A stretch of 64,000 bases of DNA from Deinococcaceae bacterium (GTDB taxonomy: Bacteria; Deinococcota; Deinococci; Deinococcales; Trueperaceae), in NCBI GenBank assembly GCA_044508445.1, contig JBIQHQ010000003.1:37696-101695 (forward strand). The letters run 5' to 3'. The notes below the pieces were generated by a model. That model saw only the letters and a program-made list of their open reading frames with translations. It ran no database searches and was not told where the DNA came from. The translations under genes and the position numbers were made by a program. Shown piece after piece: positions 35,783 through 46,042 of this stretch (positions are counted from its first letter, which is position 1; the number at the start of each line of letters is the position of its first letter).

Positions 35783-36658
35783 ATGAGCGGAGGGGCGGCG
35801 CGACGCGCCGACACCGTCGGTGCGGCGCTGGCGCTGGCCGAGGGGCGCCTGGCCGACGCCGGCGTGGACAGCCCCGCGGTCGACGCCGCCCGTCTCCTCG
35901 GGCACGTGCTCGGACTGTCGCGCACCGAGCTCCTCGTGCGGCGCGGAGATGCCCTCACGGAACGGCAGCGCGCCGAGTTCCTGGCGCTGCTGTCGCGTCG
36001 GGCGCGGCGCGAGCCGCTGCAGCTCGTGCTCGGCGAGGCTACGTTCCTCGACCTCACGCTGGCGGTGGCGCCCGGCGTGCTGCTGCCGCGGCCCGAGACC
36101 GAGAGGCTCGTCGAGCTGGCGCTGGCCGAGCTGGCCCGGGAGCCGCCCGGGCCCGGCGACGCGCTGCTGGACGTGGGGACCGGCACCGGCGCGATCGCGC
36201 TGGCGCTCAAGCGGGCGCACCCGGCGGCCGAGGTGTGGGCGACAGACGTCTCGGAGGCGGCTCTGGCGCTGGCGCGGCGCAACGCGTCGTCACTGGGGCT
36301 GCCGCTCGAGGTGCGGCACTCCGACCTGCTCGCCGACGCGGCCGTGCGTGCGGCGGCCGAGAGGGCCGTCGCCGTCGTGGCGAACCCGCCCTACCTCCCC
36401 GACGCCGACAGGTCCGCGGTGCCCCCCGAGGTCGCCGTGGAGCCGCCTGGGGCGCTCTTCGGCGGTCCCGACGGGCTAGGCGTCGCCAGGCGCCTGGTGG
36501 GCCAGCTCGCCGCCGCGCTGAGGCCCGGCGCCCTCGTCGCGCTGGAGCTGGACCCGCGCAACGTGCGGGTCCTGGCCGCGGAGATGGGCGGCTGGGAGAG
36601 CGTGCGCGTGGATAGCGACCTGGCCGGACGCGAGAGGTTCCTCGTCGCCAGGCGCTAG
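35783..36658 (+). CDS. prmC: peptide chain release factor N5-glutamine methyltransferase
   Basis: REPLQLVLGEATFLDL, LDVGTGTGAIAL and VVANPPYLP (NPPY motif). Confidence 0.9.
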   Translation: MSGGAARRADTVGAALALAEGRLADAGVDSPAVDAARLLGHVLGLSRTELLVRRGDALTERQRAEFLALLSRRARREPLQLVLGEATFLDLTLAVAPGVLLPRPETERLVELALAELAREPPGPGDALLDVGTGTGAIALALKRAHPAAEVWATDVSEAALALARRNASSLGLPLEVRHSDLLADAAVRAAAERAVAVVANPPYLPDADRSAVPPEVAVEPPGALFGGPDGLGVARRLVGQLAAALRPGALVALELDPRNVRVLAAEMGGWESVRVDSDLAGRERFLVARR

Positions 36659-36700
36659 GCCAGAAGGAGCAGGGTGCGGCTCACCGGGTCAGGGCGCCGG

Positions 36701-37354
36701 TCACTCGGCGTCGGACGCGCGGCGCAGCGGCGGCAGCTCTGGGAGCTCGTCGAGGGGCCTCATCCGCTGGCGCGCGGCCCTCGCGTGGGCCGGGGCGGGA
36801 CGAACGGCGTAGGTGACGGGCTCGTCCTCCTCGGAGGTGTCGTAGCCGCTGGTCTCGGGCTCGTGGGCGGCGCCGGCCCGCGGGCCGCGCAGGCCGCTGA
36901 GCAGGAGCAGCGCCGCGCCCACCACGATGCAGGCGTCGGCGACGTTGAAGACGGGGAAGCTGAAGGCGCCGCTGCGCACGTGCACGAAGTCCACCACGTA
37001 GTGCAGCCGGAGGCGGTCGACGGCGTTGCCCACGGCGCCCGCCATGACGAGGCCGAGAGCCACGCGCTGCAGGACGCCCAGCCTGCGGCCCTGGGAGGCC
37101 AGGAAGAAGGCCAGCACGAGGGCGACCAGGCCCGACAGCAGGCCGAGCAGGACCGTGCCGTCCACGTGCAGTCCCAGGACCGTGACGTCGAGGTCCCGCA
37201 GCATGCCGAAGGCGGCGCCGTTGTTGCGCGTGTGGGTGATGCCCAGGCCCGGGATCACGGGGATGTCCGCCTGGTTCAGCGGGAGGTTCCTGGCGATCCA
37301 GGCCTTGCTCAGCTGGTCGACAGCGACCAAGAGGGCCGCCAGGAGGAAAGGCAT
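36701..37354 (-). CDS. lspA: lipoprotein signal peptidase II
   Basis: NNGAAFG and FNVADACIVVGA motifs with four TM segments. Confidence 0.9.
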   Translation of the reverse strand: MPFLLAALLVAVDQLSKAWIARNLPLNQADIPVIPGLGITHTRNNGAAFGMLRDLDVTVLGLHVDGTVLLGLLSGLVALVLAFFLASQGRRLGVLQRVALGLVMAGAVGNAVDRLRLHYVVDFVHVRSGAFSFPVFNVADACIVVGAALLLLSGLRGPRAGAAHEPETSGYDTSEEDEPVTYAVRPAPAHARAARQRMRPLDELPELPPLRRASDAE

Positions 37355-37362
37355 CGTGGCTC

Positions 37363-37368
37363 AGTATA
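37363..37368 (-). promoter_or_regulatory. -10-like hexamer TATACT, 8 nt upstream of the lspA ATG 37354
   Basis: The minus strand reads ggAATATACTgagccacgATG. Confidence 0.5.
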
Positions 37369-37506
37369 TTCCCCTCGCTCCGCGCGAGTCCGTCGGTGCT
37401 CCCGCGTTATCCCGGGTGAGAAGCCGTCTACGCGGACGCCGGCGGGCCGGGGATATGGTGGCCGCAACGACGCTGAGGGCCCCCGTGGGCCCCGGGAGTG
37501 ATCTGC

Positions 37507-40500
37507 ATGGCGGCAACGGTGGACCTCGTGCGCCAGCACATCGGCCGCGGCGGCGCGGCGGCCGAGGCGGGGCTGCTCGAGCGCTTCGTGACGGCGCTCT
37601 TCGACAAGGCGGAGGAGGGCTTCGCCGCCCAGTTCGACAGCGCCGACCTCTACGCGATGGCCGTCGACGGGCTCGCGTTCCTGCGCGAGCTCGACGGCGT
37701 GTTCAAGGTCGAGGTGCTGAACCCCACGGCCGCGGCGAACGGCTGGGAGTCGCCCTTCACGGTCGTGCGCCTGGTGATGACGGACAGGCCGTTCATCGTC
37801 GACTCGGTGCAGGCCGAGGTGGCCAGGCAGGGCCTCGACCTCGCCTACCAGCTCCACCCGATCCTCGACGTGGTGCGCGACGAGTCGGGCCGCCTCCTTG
37901 ACGTCGACGGCGACGCCCCTGGCAGGCCCGAGGCCTTCGAGATGTTCTTCGTCGAGCGCGTGGAGGGCGCCGCGCTCCGGCGGCTACGGAACCGGCTCAA
38001 GGCCGTGCTCGAGGACGTCTACCGCGCCACCCGCGACTACGGCCCCATGCGGGAGCGCTCGCAGGAGACCGTCGACTACCTCCTCGACCTGGCCCGGTCG
38101 GGCACTCAGCCGGCCGCCGGCGTCAAGGCCGACGAGGTCGGCAACGACCTCGAGGACGAGCTCACCGAGTACGCCGAGTTCATCAAGTGGCTGCTGGACG
38201 AGAACTTCGTCTACCTCGGCTACCGGGAGTACGAGCTCAAGGACGTGGCCGGCGCGCCGCACCTGCAGGTGCGCGGCGGGACCGGCCTGGGCATCCTCTC
38301 CGAGGACGCCGACAGCCGCTACCAGCAGCCCGTGCCCGTCTCCAGCCTGCCGCGGCAGCTTCGCGAGCGGGTGGTGGGCGGCAGGCTGCTCGTGGTCACG
38401 AAGACGAACTCCGAGGCCACGGTCCACCGCGCCAGGCGCATGGACTACGTGGGGGTGAAGGAGCTGGGGGCGGGCGGCGAGGTCGTGGGCGAGCGGCGCT
38501 TCCTCGGCCTCTTCACCGGCAAGGCGCAGAACACGCCCGTCGAGGCGATCCCCATCCTCAGGCGCAAGCTGCGCCAGGTGCTGGAGCTGGACGAGGCGGT
38601 GCCGGGCAGCCACGACTACAAGGCCATAGTGGCGGCCTTCAACTCGCTGCCGCGGGAGGAGCTCTTCGGCGCCGACCCGGAGCAGCTCCACAAGGACATC
38701 CGCGCGATCCTCTCGCTCGAGCAGGAGCGCGGCGCGCGGCTGCGGCTGCGCCCCGACCCGCTGAAGCGCGGGATCCTGGCCATGGTCGTCATGCCGCGCG
38801 AGAGCTTCAACAGCCAGGTCCGTCAGCGCATCCAGGAGTACCTGCAGAGGGCGCTGTCGGCCACGCACGTCGACTATCGGCTGGCGCTCTCGGAGGACCA
38901 GGACAGCGCCAGGTTCCACTTCTACTTCGCCACCGACGTCGAGCTGGAGGACGTGGACGTCAAGGAGCTCGAGCGGAACGTGGCCAGGCTGTCGCGGAGC
39001 TGGCGCGAGGAGCTGCAGGAAAGGCTCATCGAGAGGTTCGGCGAGGCCGCGGGTCGGGCGCTGGCCCGCCGCTACGGCGGCGCCTTCGACGAGGGCTACT
39101 ACGCCGAGGTGCGCCCGGCGCGCGCCGTCCAGGACATCGCCAACCTCGAGAGCCTGGGGCCCGGCGAGACGGGCTTCGACCTCGTGGACGACGAGGAGGA
39201 CCAGGAGGCCACGGTCCTCGTCTACTACCCGGCCGGCCGGTCGCGGGCGCTCTCCGACGTGCTGCCCATGCTCGAGAACCTGGGGCTGAGGGTCGTCGAC
39301 CAGAACCCCTACGACGTCACCCTCGGCGACGGTGAGAGGGCCGTGGACGTCTACCGCGTCACCGACCTCGAGGGCCGGCGGCTCGACGTCCCCGGCGTGG
39401 AGGAGAGGCTCGTGGCCGCGCTGCACGCGTTGGCCGCGGGCGAGGCAGAGAACGACGCGCTGAACCGCCTGGTCCTCTACGCCGGCCTGACGATCAGGCA
39501 GGTGGCGCTGCTGCGCGCCTACCAGATGTACTACTCGCAGCTCAACCTCGTGACCAGCCCGGCGTTCGTGACCTCCACGCTGCTGGCCCACCCGGACGTG
39601 GCGCGGCTGCTGGTGGAGTACTTCGAGCGCCGCTTCGACCCCGCCTTCACCGGCGGCGGGGACGCCCCGCTGGCCCCGGGCGAGCGGGCGCCGTTCCTCG
39701 CCGAGGCGGCGGAGGCGGTGCGCGGCGCCCTGTCCACGGTGGCGTCCCTGGCCGGCGACCAGGCGCTGCGGGGGCTGCTCGACCTCATGGAGGCCACGGT
39801 CCGCACGAACTACTACCTGGGCCACGCCCGCATCAGCTTCAAGATCGACTCGCGGAGGGTGGGCAGCATGCCGGAGCCGCGGCCCCTCTACGAGGTCGGC
39901 GTGCACTCGCCCACCGTCGAGGGGACGCACCTGCGAGGCGGCAAGGTCGCGCGCGGCGGCATCCGCTGGTCGGACCGGCCCGACGACTTCCGCACCGAGG
40001 TGCTCGGCCTCATGAAGACGCAGATGACGAAGAACGCCGTCATCGTGCCCGTGGGGTCGAAGGGCGGCTTCGTCGTCAAGCGCGCCCCCTCCGACCCGGC
40101 CGAGCTGCGCGAGCACGTGCGGGCGCAGTACCAGGAGTACCTGCGCGGGCTCCTCGACGTGACGGACAACGTCGTGGACGGTGCCACGGTGCACCCGGCG
40201 GGCGTCCTCGTCTACGACGAGCCGGACCCGTACCTCGTGGTGGCGGCCGACAAGGGCACGGCCACGTTCTCCGACCTGGCCAACGCCACCGCGGCCGAGT
40301 ACGACTTCTGGCTCGGCGACGCCTTCGCCTCGGGCGGCTCGGCCGGCTACGACCACAAGGGAATGGGCATCACGGCGCGCGGAGCGTGGGAGTGCGTGAA
40401 GCGTCACTTCGCCGAGATGGGTCTCGACGTCTTCCGCGACGAGTTCACGGTCGTGGGCATAGGCGACATGTCGGGCGACGTGTTCGGCAACGGCATGCTC

Positions 40501-42333
40501 TACACCGACAAGATCAGGCTGGTGGCGGCCTTCGACCACAGGCACGTGTTCGTGGACCCCGACCCCGACCCGGCGGCGTCGTTCGCCGAGAGGAAGCGCC
40601 TCTTCGAGCTGCCGCGCTCGTCCTGGGCCGACTACGACAGGGGCCTCATCAGCCCGGGCGGCGGCGTGTTCGAGCGCGGCGCCAAGCGCATCGAGGTCAC
40701 CCCGGAGATGAGGCGGGCGCTGGGCGTCGACGCCGAGGTGCTCTCCGGGCCCGAGCTCGTCAAGGCCGTGCTGCGTGCTCCCGTGGACCTGCTGTGGAAC
40801 GGCGGCATAGGCACGTACGTCAAGGCGTCCGCCGAGCGACACGCCGAGGTGGGCGACTCGGCCAACGACTCCGTGCGCGTCGACGCCGGGGAGCTGCGCT
40901 GCAAGGTCGTGGGCGAGGGCGGGAACCTGGGCTTCACGCAGCTCGCGCGCATCGAGTACGCGCGCCTGGGCGGCCGCAACGACACCGACGCCGTGCACAA
41001 CTCGGCGGGCGTGGACACGTCCGACCACGAGGTGAACATCAAGATCTGCCTCGCGCCCCTGCTGCGCTCTGGGCGCCTGAGCCGCGAGGAGCGCGACGCG
41101 CTGCTCGCCGCGATGCAGGACGACGTGGCGCGGCTCGTGCTGCGCGACAACGACAGGCAGTCGCTGGCCATAAGCCTGGCGCTGCGGTCTGCCGCCGCCG
41201 ACCAGGAGCTCTTCGGCTCGCTGCTCGACTACCTCGTCGAGTCCGCCGGCCTCGACAGGAGCGTGGAGTTCCTGCCCACGGCGCGTCAGCTCGCCGAGCG
41301 GCGGGCCGAGGGCGTCGCCTTCACCCGGCCCGAGCTCGCGGTGATGCTCGCCTACGTGAAGATGGGCCTCTACCGGCGCCTGCTCGAGACCGAGCTGCCC
41401 GACGACCCGCAGCTAGCCCACTACCTGAGCGACTACTTCCCAGCGGTGCTGCGCGACCGCTTCCCCGACGCCGTGGCCGCGCACTCGCTGCGGCGCGAGA
41501 TCGCGGCCACGCAGATCACCAACGCGGTCGTCGACCTGCTGGGCATCGAGTTCGTGCACCGCGCCGTCCGCCAGAACGGCGCCACGCCCGTCGAGGTCGT
41601 GCGGGCGGCGCTGGCGGCGATGGAGCTGCTGGGCACCCTCGCCTTCGCCGACGAGCTGCTGGCCCGCGACGACGAGCTGCCGCCGGAGGCCGCCTACTCC
41701 GCGCTCCGCGCCATGTCCAGGGCGGTGGAGGGCGTGGTGGCCTGGCTGCTCGCCAACGACGTGGCCCGCCGGTCCCTCGCCGACGTCGTCGCCGACTACG
41801 GCGAGGCCCTGTCCGCGCTGCGGCGAGACCTCGAGGGCTTCCTGCCGGCGGCGGAGCGGCGGCGCTTCCGTGGCGTCGTCAAACAGCACGTGAAGGCCGG
41901 CCACGACGAGGCCACGGCGGAGAGGGTCGCGGGGCTCGAGTACGTGCCGGCCGGCATGGGGGTGGTGGAGGCGGCGCGAGCCGCCGGCGTGGACCTCGCC
42001 GCTGCCGCCACGGCGTTCTTCGCGCTCGGCGACAGGCTCTCGCTGGGCCAGCTCCGCGACGCCCTGCGGGCGCTGCCCGCCCAGGGCAAGTGGGAGAAGA
42101 TCGCCCAGACGGGCATCGTCATGGACCTGCGCGCCGCGCAGCAGCGGCTCGCCGCCGCCTACCTGCGCGCCGCCAGGGAGGAGCCGCGCCTGAGCGTCGA
42201 GGCGTTCGTGGCGCGCCAGCCCTTCGTCAAGCGCTACGACGCCGCGGTCCGCGAGCTGCGGTTGCCCGGCGAGCTGAGCCTCGCCGGCGGCGCGGTCTTG
42301 GCGCGCCTGCTGGCGCAGGCGCCGGCGCCCTGA
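37507..42333 (+). CDS. gdh: NAD-specific glutamate dehydrogenase, large (~180 kDa) class
   Basis: About 1608 aa with a catalytic core (RGGIRWSDRPDDFRTEVLGLMKTQMTKNAVIVPVGSKGGFV, GDMSGDVFGNGML). ATG 37507 follows GGGAG; the track start is GTG 37498. Confidence 0.95.
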   Translation: MAATVDLVRQHIGRGGAAAEAGLLERFVTALFDKAEEGFAAQFDSADLYAMAVDGLAFLRELDGVFKVEVLNPTAAANGWESPFTVVRLVMTDRPFIVDSVQAEVARQGLDLAYQLHPILDVVRDESGRLLDVDGDAPGRPEAFEMFFVERVEGAALRRLRNRLKAVLEDVYRATRDYGPMRERSQETVDYLLDLARSGTQPAAGVKADEVGNDLEDELTEYAEFIKWLLDENFVYLGYREYELKDVAGAPHLQVRGGTGLGILSEDADSRYQQPVPVSSLPRQLRERVVGGRLLVVTKTNSEATVHRARRMDYVGVKELGAGGEVVGERRFLGLFTGKAQNTPVEAIPILRRKLRQVLELDEAVPGSHDYKAIVAAFNSLPREELFGADPEQLHKDIRAILSLEQERGARLRLRPDPLKRGILAMVVMPRESFNSQVRQRIQEYLQRALSATHVDYRLALSEDQDSARFHFYFATDVELEDVDVKELERNVARLSRSWREELQERLIERFGEAAGRALARRYGGAFDEGYYAEVRPARAVQDIANLESLGPGETGFDLVDDEEDQEATVLVYYPAGRSRALSDVLPMLENLGLRVVDQNPYDVTLGDGERAVDVYRVTDLEGRRLDVPGVEERLVAALHALAAGEAENDALNRLVLYAGLTIRQVALLRAYQMYYSQLNLVTSPAFVTSTLLAHPDVARLLVEYFERRFDPAFTGGGDAPLAPGERAPFLAEAAEAVRGALSTVASLAGDQALRGLLDLMEATVRTNYYLGHARISFKIDSRRVGSMPEPRPLYEVGVHSPTVEGTHLRGGKVARGGIRWSDRPDDFRTEVLGLMKTQMTKNAVIVPVGSKGGFVVKRAPSDPAELREHVRAQYQEYLRGLLDVTDNVVDGATVHPAGVLVYDEPDPYLVVAADKGTATFSDLANATAAEYDFWLGDAFASGGSAGYDHKGMGITARGAWECVKRHFAEMGLDVFRDEFTVVGIGDMSGDVFGNGMLYTDKIRLVAAFDHRHVFVDPDPDPAASFAERKRLFELPRSSWADYDRGLISPGGGVFERGAKRIEVTPEMRRALGVDAEVLSGPELVKAVLRAPVDLLWNGGIGTYVKASAERHAEVGDSANDSVRVDAGELRCKVVGEGGNLGFTQLARIEYARLGGRNDTDAVHNSAGVDTSDHEVNIKICLAPLLRSGRLSREERDALLAAMQDDVARLVLRDNDRQSLAISLALRSAAADQELFGSLLDYLVESAGLDRSVEFLPTARQLAERRAEGVAFTRPELAVMLAYVKMGLYRRLLETELPDDPQLAHYLSDYFPAVLRDRFPDAVAAHSLRREIAATQITNAVVDLLGIEFVHRAVRQNGATPVEVVRAALAAMELLGTLAFADELLARDDELPPEAAYSALRAMSRAVEGVVAWLLANDVARRSLADVVADYGEALSALRRDLEGFLPAAERRRFRGVVKQHVKAGHDEATAERVAGLEYVPAGMGVVEAARAAGVDLAAAATAFFALGDRLSLGQLRDALRALPAQGKWEKIAQTGIVMDLRAAQQRLAAAYLRAAREEPRLSVEAFVARQPFVKRYDAAVRELRLPGELSLAGGAVLARLLAQAPAP

Positions 42334-42397
42334 GCCCTAGACCCTGAGCCCTGGGCCCTGGGCCTCCGCCTTGGGCCCTCGCCCAAAAGCCTGAGCC

Positions 42398-43513
42398 CTA
42401 CGCGACCGCCCGCCGCGTGCCCACGAAGGCGCGCAGCACGGCGTCCAGCCGCTTGAGGCCGGTGGGCGTGGCCGTCAGCCGGCGGCCCTCGAGCGCCAGC
42501 AGCCCGTGGGCCAGGCAGTCCCCGAGCCACCGCGCGGCGCCCGCCTCCACGGCGTAGCCGGTCAGGGACTCGAGCGCGGCGAGGTCGACGCCCTCGATCG
42601 TCCGCAGGCCCGTCATCAGCCGTTCGAGGACCACGTCGTCGGCGGTGAGCACGTCCACCTCCGGCGGCTCGCCGGCGAGCCAGCCCTTCAGGGGCGGGTT
42701 GCGCCGGCGCACGCCGAGGCCGGCGCCGCCGGGCAGGTGCGACGCCGCGGAGGGCCCGGCGCCCAGGTAGTGCCCGCCCCGCCAGTACACGAGGTTGTGC
42801 TGCGACTCCTCGCCGGGGACGGCGTGGTTGCTGACCTCGTAGCGGCGCAGGCCCGCGCGGGAGAGGGTCGCCGCCGCCAGGTCGAAGGAGGCGGCGTCGA
42901 GGTCCTCGTCGACGGTGACGCCGCGCAGGGCGAAGGGCGTGTGCGGCTCCACGGTGAGCGAGTAGACGGAGACGTGGCGCGCGCCGGCGCCCACGACGCG
43001 GGCCAGGTCGAGCTCCAGGTCCTGGCCGGCGATGGCGGTCATGACGTCCACGTTCACGCGCAGGCCGCTCGCCACGGCCGCCTCCACGGCGACGAGGCCC
43101 TGAGCGCCGTCGTGCCGGCGCCCCAGGAACGCCAGCACGTGGTCCTGCGTCGACTGCAGGCCTATCGACAGCCGCGTCACGCCCAGCGCGGCGAAGCGCC
43201 GGAGGCGGTCCTCGTCGAAGGTGAGCGGGTCGGCCTCCAAGGTGGTCTCGCGCCGGCCCGGCCCGCCGAAGCCCTCCAGGGCCGCGAACACGCGCTCCAG
43301 CTCGTCGTCTCGCAGGTGCGAGGGCGTGCCGCCGCCCAGGTAGAGCGTGTCGAGGGGGCCGCCGTGCTCGCCGGCCAGCTCCGCCAGCTCGCGCTCGAGC
43401 CTGGCGACGTAGCGCGCCGCCAGCCCCTCGTGCCTGAGCATCTTGTGGAAGTCGCAGTAGGGGCAGACGCTGGGGCAGAAGGGGACGTGCACGTAGAGGG
43501 AGAGGGCGGCCAT
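42398..43513 (-). CDS. hemW: radical SAM heme chaperone HemW (HemN-like, oxygen-independent coproporphyrinogen oxidase family)
   Basis: LYVHVPFCPSVCPYCDF (CxxxCxxC), about 370 aa, lacking the extra HemN N-terminal Cys. Confidence 0.9.
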   Translation of the reverse strand: MAALSLYVHVPFCPSVCPYCDFHKMLRHEGLAARYVARLERELAELAGEHGGPLDTLYLGGGTPSHLRDDELERVFAALEGFGGPGRRETTLEADPLTFDEDRLRRFAALGVTRLSIGLQSTQDHVLAFLGRRHDGAQGLVAVEAAVASGLRVNVDVMTAIAGQDLELDLARVVGAGARHVSVYSLTVEPHTPFALRGVTVDEDLDAASFDLAAATLSRAGLRRYEVSNHAVPGEESQHNLVYWRGGHYLGAGPSAASHLPGGAGLGVRRRNPPLKGWLAGEPPEVDVLTADDVVLERLMTGLRTIEGVDLAALESLTGYAVEAGAARWLGDCLAHGLLALEGRRLTATPTGLKRLDAVLRAFVGTRRAVA

Positions 43514-43599
43514 GCCAGCCGAGGTTACAGGGCCCGCGGGCCGGCGCCGGTGCCGGCGGAGCGTGCCGCGCGACGCGCGCGGCCGCGTGTACGGACGAA

Positions 43600-43627
43600 G
43601 AGGCGGCGCCCGAGAGGGCGCCGCCTC
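43600..43627 (-). terminator. perfect 12-bp-stem hairpin downstream of the ABC solute-binding protein gene
   Basis: gaggcggcgccc / gaga / gggcgccgcctc. On the minus strand it is followed by ttcgtccgt. It lies 22 nt after the stop at 43650. Confidence 0.6.
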
Positions 43628-43649
43628 CAGCGCTAGCGGCGCGCTCAGC

Positions 43650-45023
43650 TCACTCGAGCTGGGCGAGCTGGTCGGCGAGGATGTCGTTGGCCTCCTCGTT
43701 GAGCTCGGTAAGGGCCTCCTGGACGTCGAGGTCCGCGTCGCTGACGATGTCGACCATCGTCGAGGTCACGATGTCGCGCACGAAGTCGTAGCCGGGCACG
43801 GGCGGCTCGGCGACGCCGTAGGGCAGCAGGTCGAACGCCACCTCGTAGCCGGGGACGGCCTCGAAGACCGGGTCCAGGTTAGCCGCGACGCTCTGGCGCA
43901 CGGGGAAGTACTGGCTGGCCGCGGCCCACTCGGCCTGCGCCTCGGGTCCCGTGTAGTACTTGAGGAAGAGCCAGGCGGCCAGGGTCGCCTCGGGGCCGTG
44001 GCCCGCGGGCAGGCTGACCGAAGCGCCGTAGATGTTCATGACCGGGTCCTCGGTGGTGTGCGGGATCGCGGCCACGCTCCAGTCGTGCCCGGCGCCCTCT
44101 TCTACGGCGCTGGCGTAGAACGGCAAGCCCGAGGAGGAGCCGATCGTGAAGAGCGTGCGGCCAGTGCCGAAGTCGGTCTGGTCGCCGAACTGCTCGGCGG
44201 TCAGCGCGCCGCAGCCGTCGGCGAAGAGCTGCTGCAGGAAGGTCATGGCCTGGACGGCGGCGGGGGAGTCGTAGGTGAAGCGGTTGTTCTCGTAGTCGAA
44301 GACGTCGCCCCCGTGGGCGAACGTCCACGAGGCGAAGCGGCTGGCGTCGGGCGCGAGCTCGTAGCCGATGCTGGCGCCCTGGGCCGTGGCGCCGGAGAAC
44401 GGGTGCTCGGTGGCGGCGCAGGCGGCCTGCCTGAACTGCTCCGGCGTGGCGGGCGGCCCGTCGAAGTCTACGTAGCCGCCCTCGCGCAGCTCGGCCAGCC
44501 AGTCGATGTTGTAGTAGAGCATCTCCATCGAGCGGTTCGGGGCGATGCCGAGGCGCTGGTTGCCGAAGCTCGGGAAGACGTCGGAGCTCCAGAAGCCGGG
44601 GAAGAAGTCGGCGATGTCATCGTCGCTGAGGCCCCAGCGCTCCGACTCGACGAGCGGCGTCATGTCGACGAGCCCGTCCTGGAGCTGGTAGGTGGCCGCC
44701 TGGTTCTGGTACGCGACGACGATGTTGGGCGTGTCGGTGGTGCCGAGCAGGGCGAGCATCTTCTGGAAGATGTCGTTGTAGCCGCCCTGGTACTCGGCGA
44801 CGACGGTGATGCCGTACTCGTTGGTCTCGTTGAACTCGTCGATGATCTGCTGCAGCGCCGTCTCGCGCTCCTGCGTGTGCTGGTGCCAGAAGGTGACGGT
44901 CTGACCCGTCGGGTCGACGCTGTCCCAGTCGACCCCCTCGAGGTCACCCTGCGCCGCGGCGGCGCCGCCGAGCGCGAGCAGCGTGACTAGGACCGCTCCC
45001 AGGTAGTGTGCCCGTGGCTTCAT
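43650..45023 (-). CDS. ABC transporter extracellular solute-binding protein (carbohydrate family 1)
   Basis: The last 457 aa of track ORF 43650..45815. Signal peptide MKPRAHYLGAVLVTLLALGGAAAAQG. ATG 45023 is preceded by GGGAGAGGGAGAG. Confidence 0.9.
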   Translation of the reverse strand: MKPRAHYLGAVLVTLLALGGAAAAQGDLEGVDWDSVDPTGQTVTFWHQHTQERETALQQIIDEFNETNEYGITVVAEYQGGYNDIFQKMLALLGTTDTPNIVVAYQNQAATYQLQDGLVDMTPLVESERWGLSDDDIADFFPGFWSSDVFPSFGNQRLGIAPNRSMEMLYYNIDWLAELREGGYVDFDGPPATPEQFRQAACAATEHPFSGATAQGASIGYELAPDASRFASWTFAHGGDVFDYENNRFTYDSPAAVQAMTFLQQLFADGCGALTAEQFGDQTDFGTGRTLFTIGSSSGLPFYASAVEEGAGHDWSVAAIPHTTEDPVMNIYGASVSLPAGHGPEATLAAWLFLKYYTGPEAQAEWAAASQYFPVRQSVAANLDPVFEAVPGYEVAFDLLPYGVAEPPVPGYDFVRDIVTSTMVDIVSDADLDVQEALTELNEEANDILADQLAQLE

Positions 45024-45133
45024 CTGCTCTCCCTCTCCCTCGCGAGCTCGCCGAGCCCGCGTGAACGTTGCAGCCTGAGTAGATGTTAGTCGCGCGGTGC
45101 CCGTGGATGTGCCCCGTGCGGGTCTCGGCTTCA

Positions 45134-46042
45134 TCACCCCTTCAGGCCCGAGGTGGCTATGCCCTCGGTGAACTGCTTCTGCGTCACGAAGTACACGACC
45201 AGCACGGGCAGCACCGTGATCACCGCCCCCGCCATCAGCAGGTGCGTCTCCGGTCCGGCCTCCGAGATGAACGTGTAGAGGCCGACCCCCAGCGGGCGCC
45301 AACGGGGCGTGGTGGTGACCAGCAGCGGCCAGAGGAACTCGTTCCACGACGTCACGAAGGTGAGCAGGGTGGCCGTCATGATGACCGGCCTGCTCATGGG
45401 GATGACGACCGAGGTGAGGAAGCGCACGTGGCCGGCGCCGTCGATGCGCGCGGCGTCGTAGAGCTCGTGGGGTATGCCCAGGAAGAACTGCCTGAACAGG
45501 AAGATGACGAAGGCCGTGGCCATGAACGGCAACGTGAGCGCGGGCAGCTTGTTCATCATGCTGGGCCAGGGGATCACCTGGCCCCTGATCATCAGCAGGT
45601 TGGGGAGGAACGTCACGGTGCCGGGGATCATCAGCGTGGCCAGGAGGACCATGAAGATCGCGTCGCGCCCGGGGAACTCGATGCGCGCGAAGGCGTAGCC
45701 GGCCAGCGTGCAGGTGACGAGCACGCCGGCTATGACCAGCGCCGTGATGATCACGCTGTTGCGGAAGTAGAGGGCGAAGTCGGCCTCCGACCAGGCCGTC
45801 CTGTAGTTCACCCACTGCGGCGTGCGCGGCACGAGCCGCCTGTTGATCGTCTCGCCCAGGGTCATGAGGCTCGTCGAGACCATGTAGAGGAACGGGCTCA
45901 GCGACACGACGGCGCCGATGAGCAGGGCGAGGTAGGCGGGCAGGTGGGCCAGCCTGAACTCGTAGGGCTGGCGGTTGACAGCGGCGGCCCGCGCCGGGTC
46001 GCGCGGCTCGGCGGCCACGGTGCGCGGGACCGGGTCAGACAC
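45134..46042 (-). CDS. carbohydrate ABC transporter permease (MalG-like)
   Basis: Six-TM permease with an EAA-type loop (ELYDAARIDGAGHVRFLTSVVIPMSRP). Confidence 0.9.
   Translation of the reverse strand: MSDPVPRTVAAEPRDPARAAAVNRQPYEFRLAHLPAYLALLIGAVVSLSPFLYMVSTSLMTLGETINRRLVPRTPQWVNYRTAWSEADFALYFRNSVIITALVIAGVLVTCTLAGYAFARIEFPGRDAIFMVLLATLMIPGTVTFLPNLLMIRGQVIPWPSMMNKLPALTLPFMATAFVIFLFRQFFLGIPHELYDAARIDGAGHVRFLTSVVIPMSRPVIMTATLLTFVTSWNEFLWPLLVTTTPRWRPLGVGLYTFISEAGPETHLLMAGAVITVLPVLVVYFVTQKQFTEGIATSGLKG

Noticed and set aside
42334-42397. Short repeats (TGAGCCCT x3, GGGCCCT x3) and a TTGGGC/GCCCAA hairpin between the convergent gdh and hemW genes.
   Set aside because: Two of the TGAGCCCTA copies are simply the two genes' stop-codon contexts. 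The hairpin is only 6 bp with no U tract on either strand. It is probably an incidental or weak bidirectional terminator.
45061-45072. LacI/GalR-type operator (gtgaacgttgca) in the spacer before the ABC binding-protein gene.
   Set aside because: Only the central AACGTT is palindromic; the outer positions do not pair. The match to TGNAANCGNTTNCA-type operators is therefore too weak to call.
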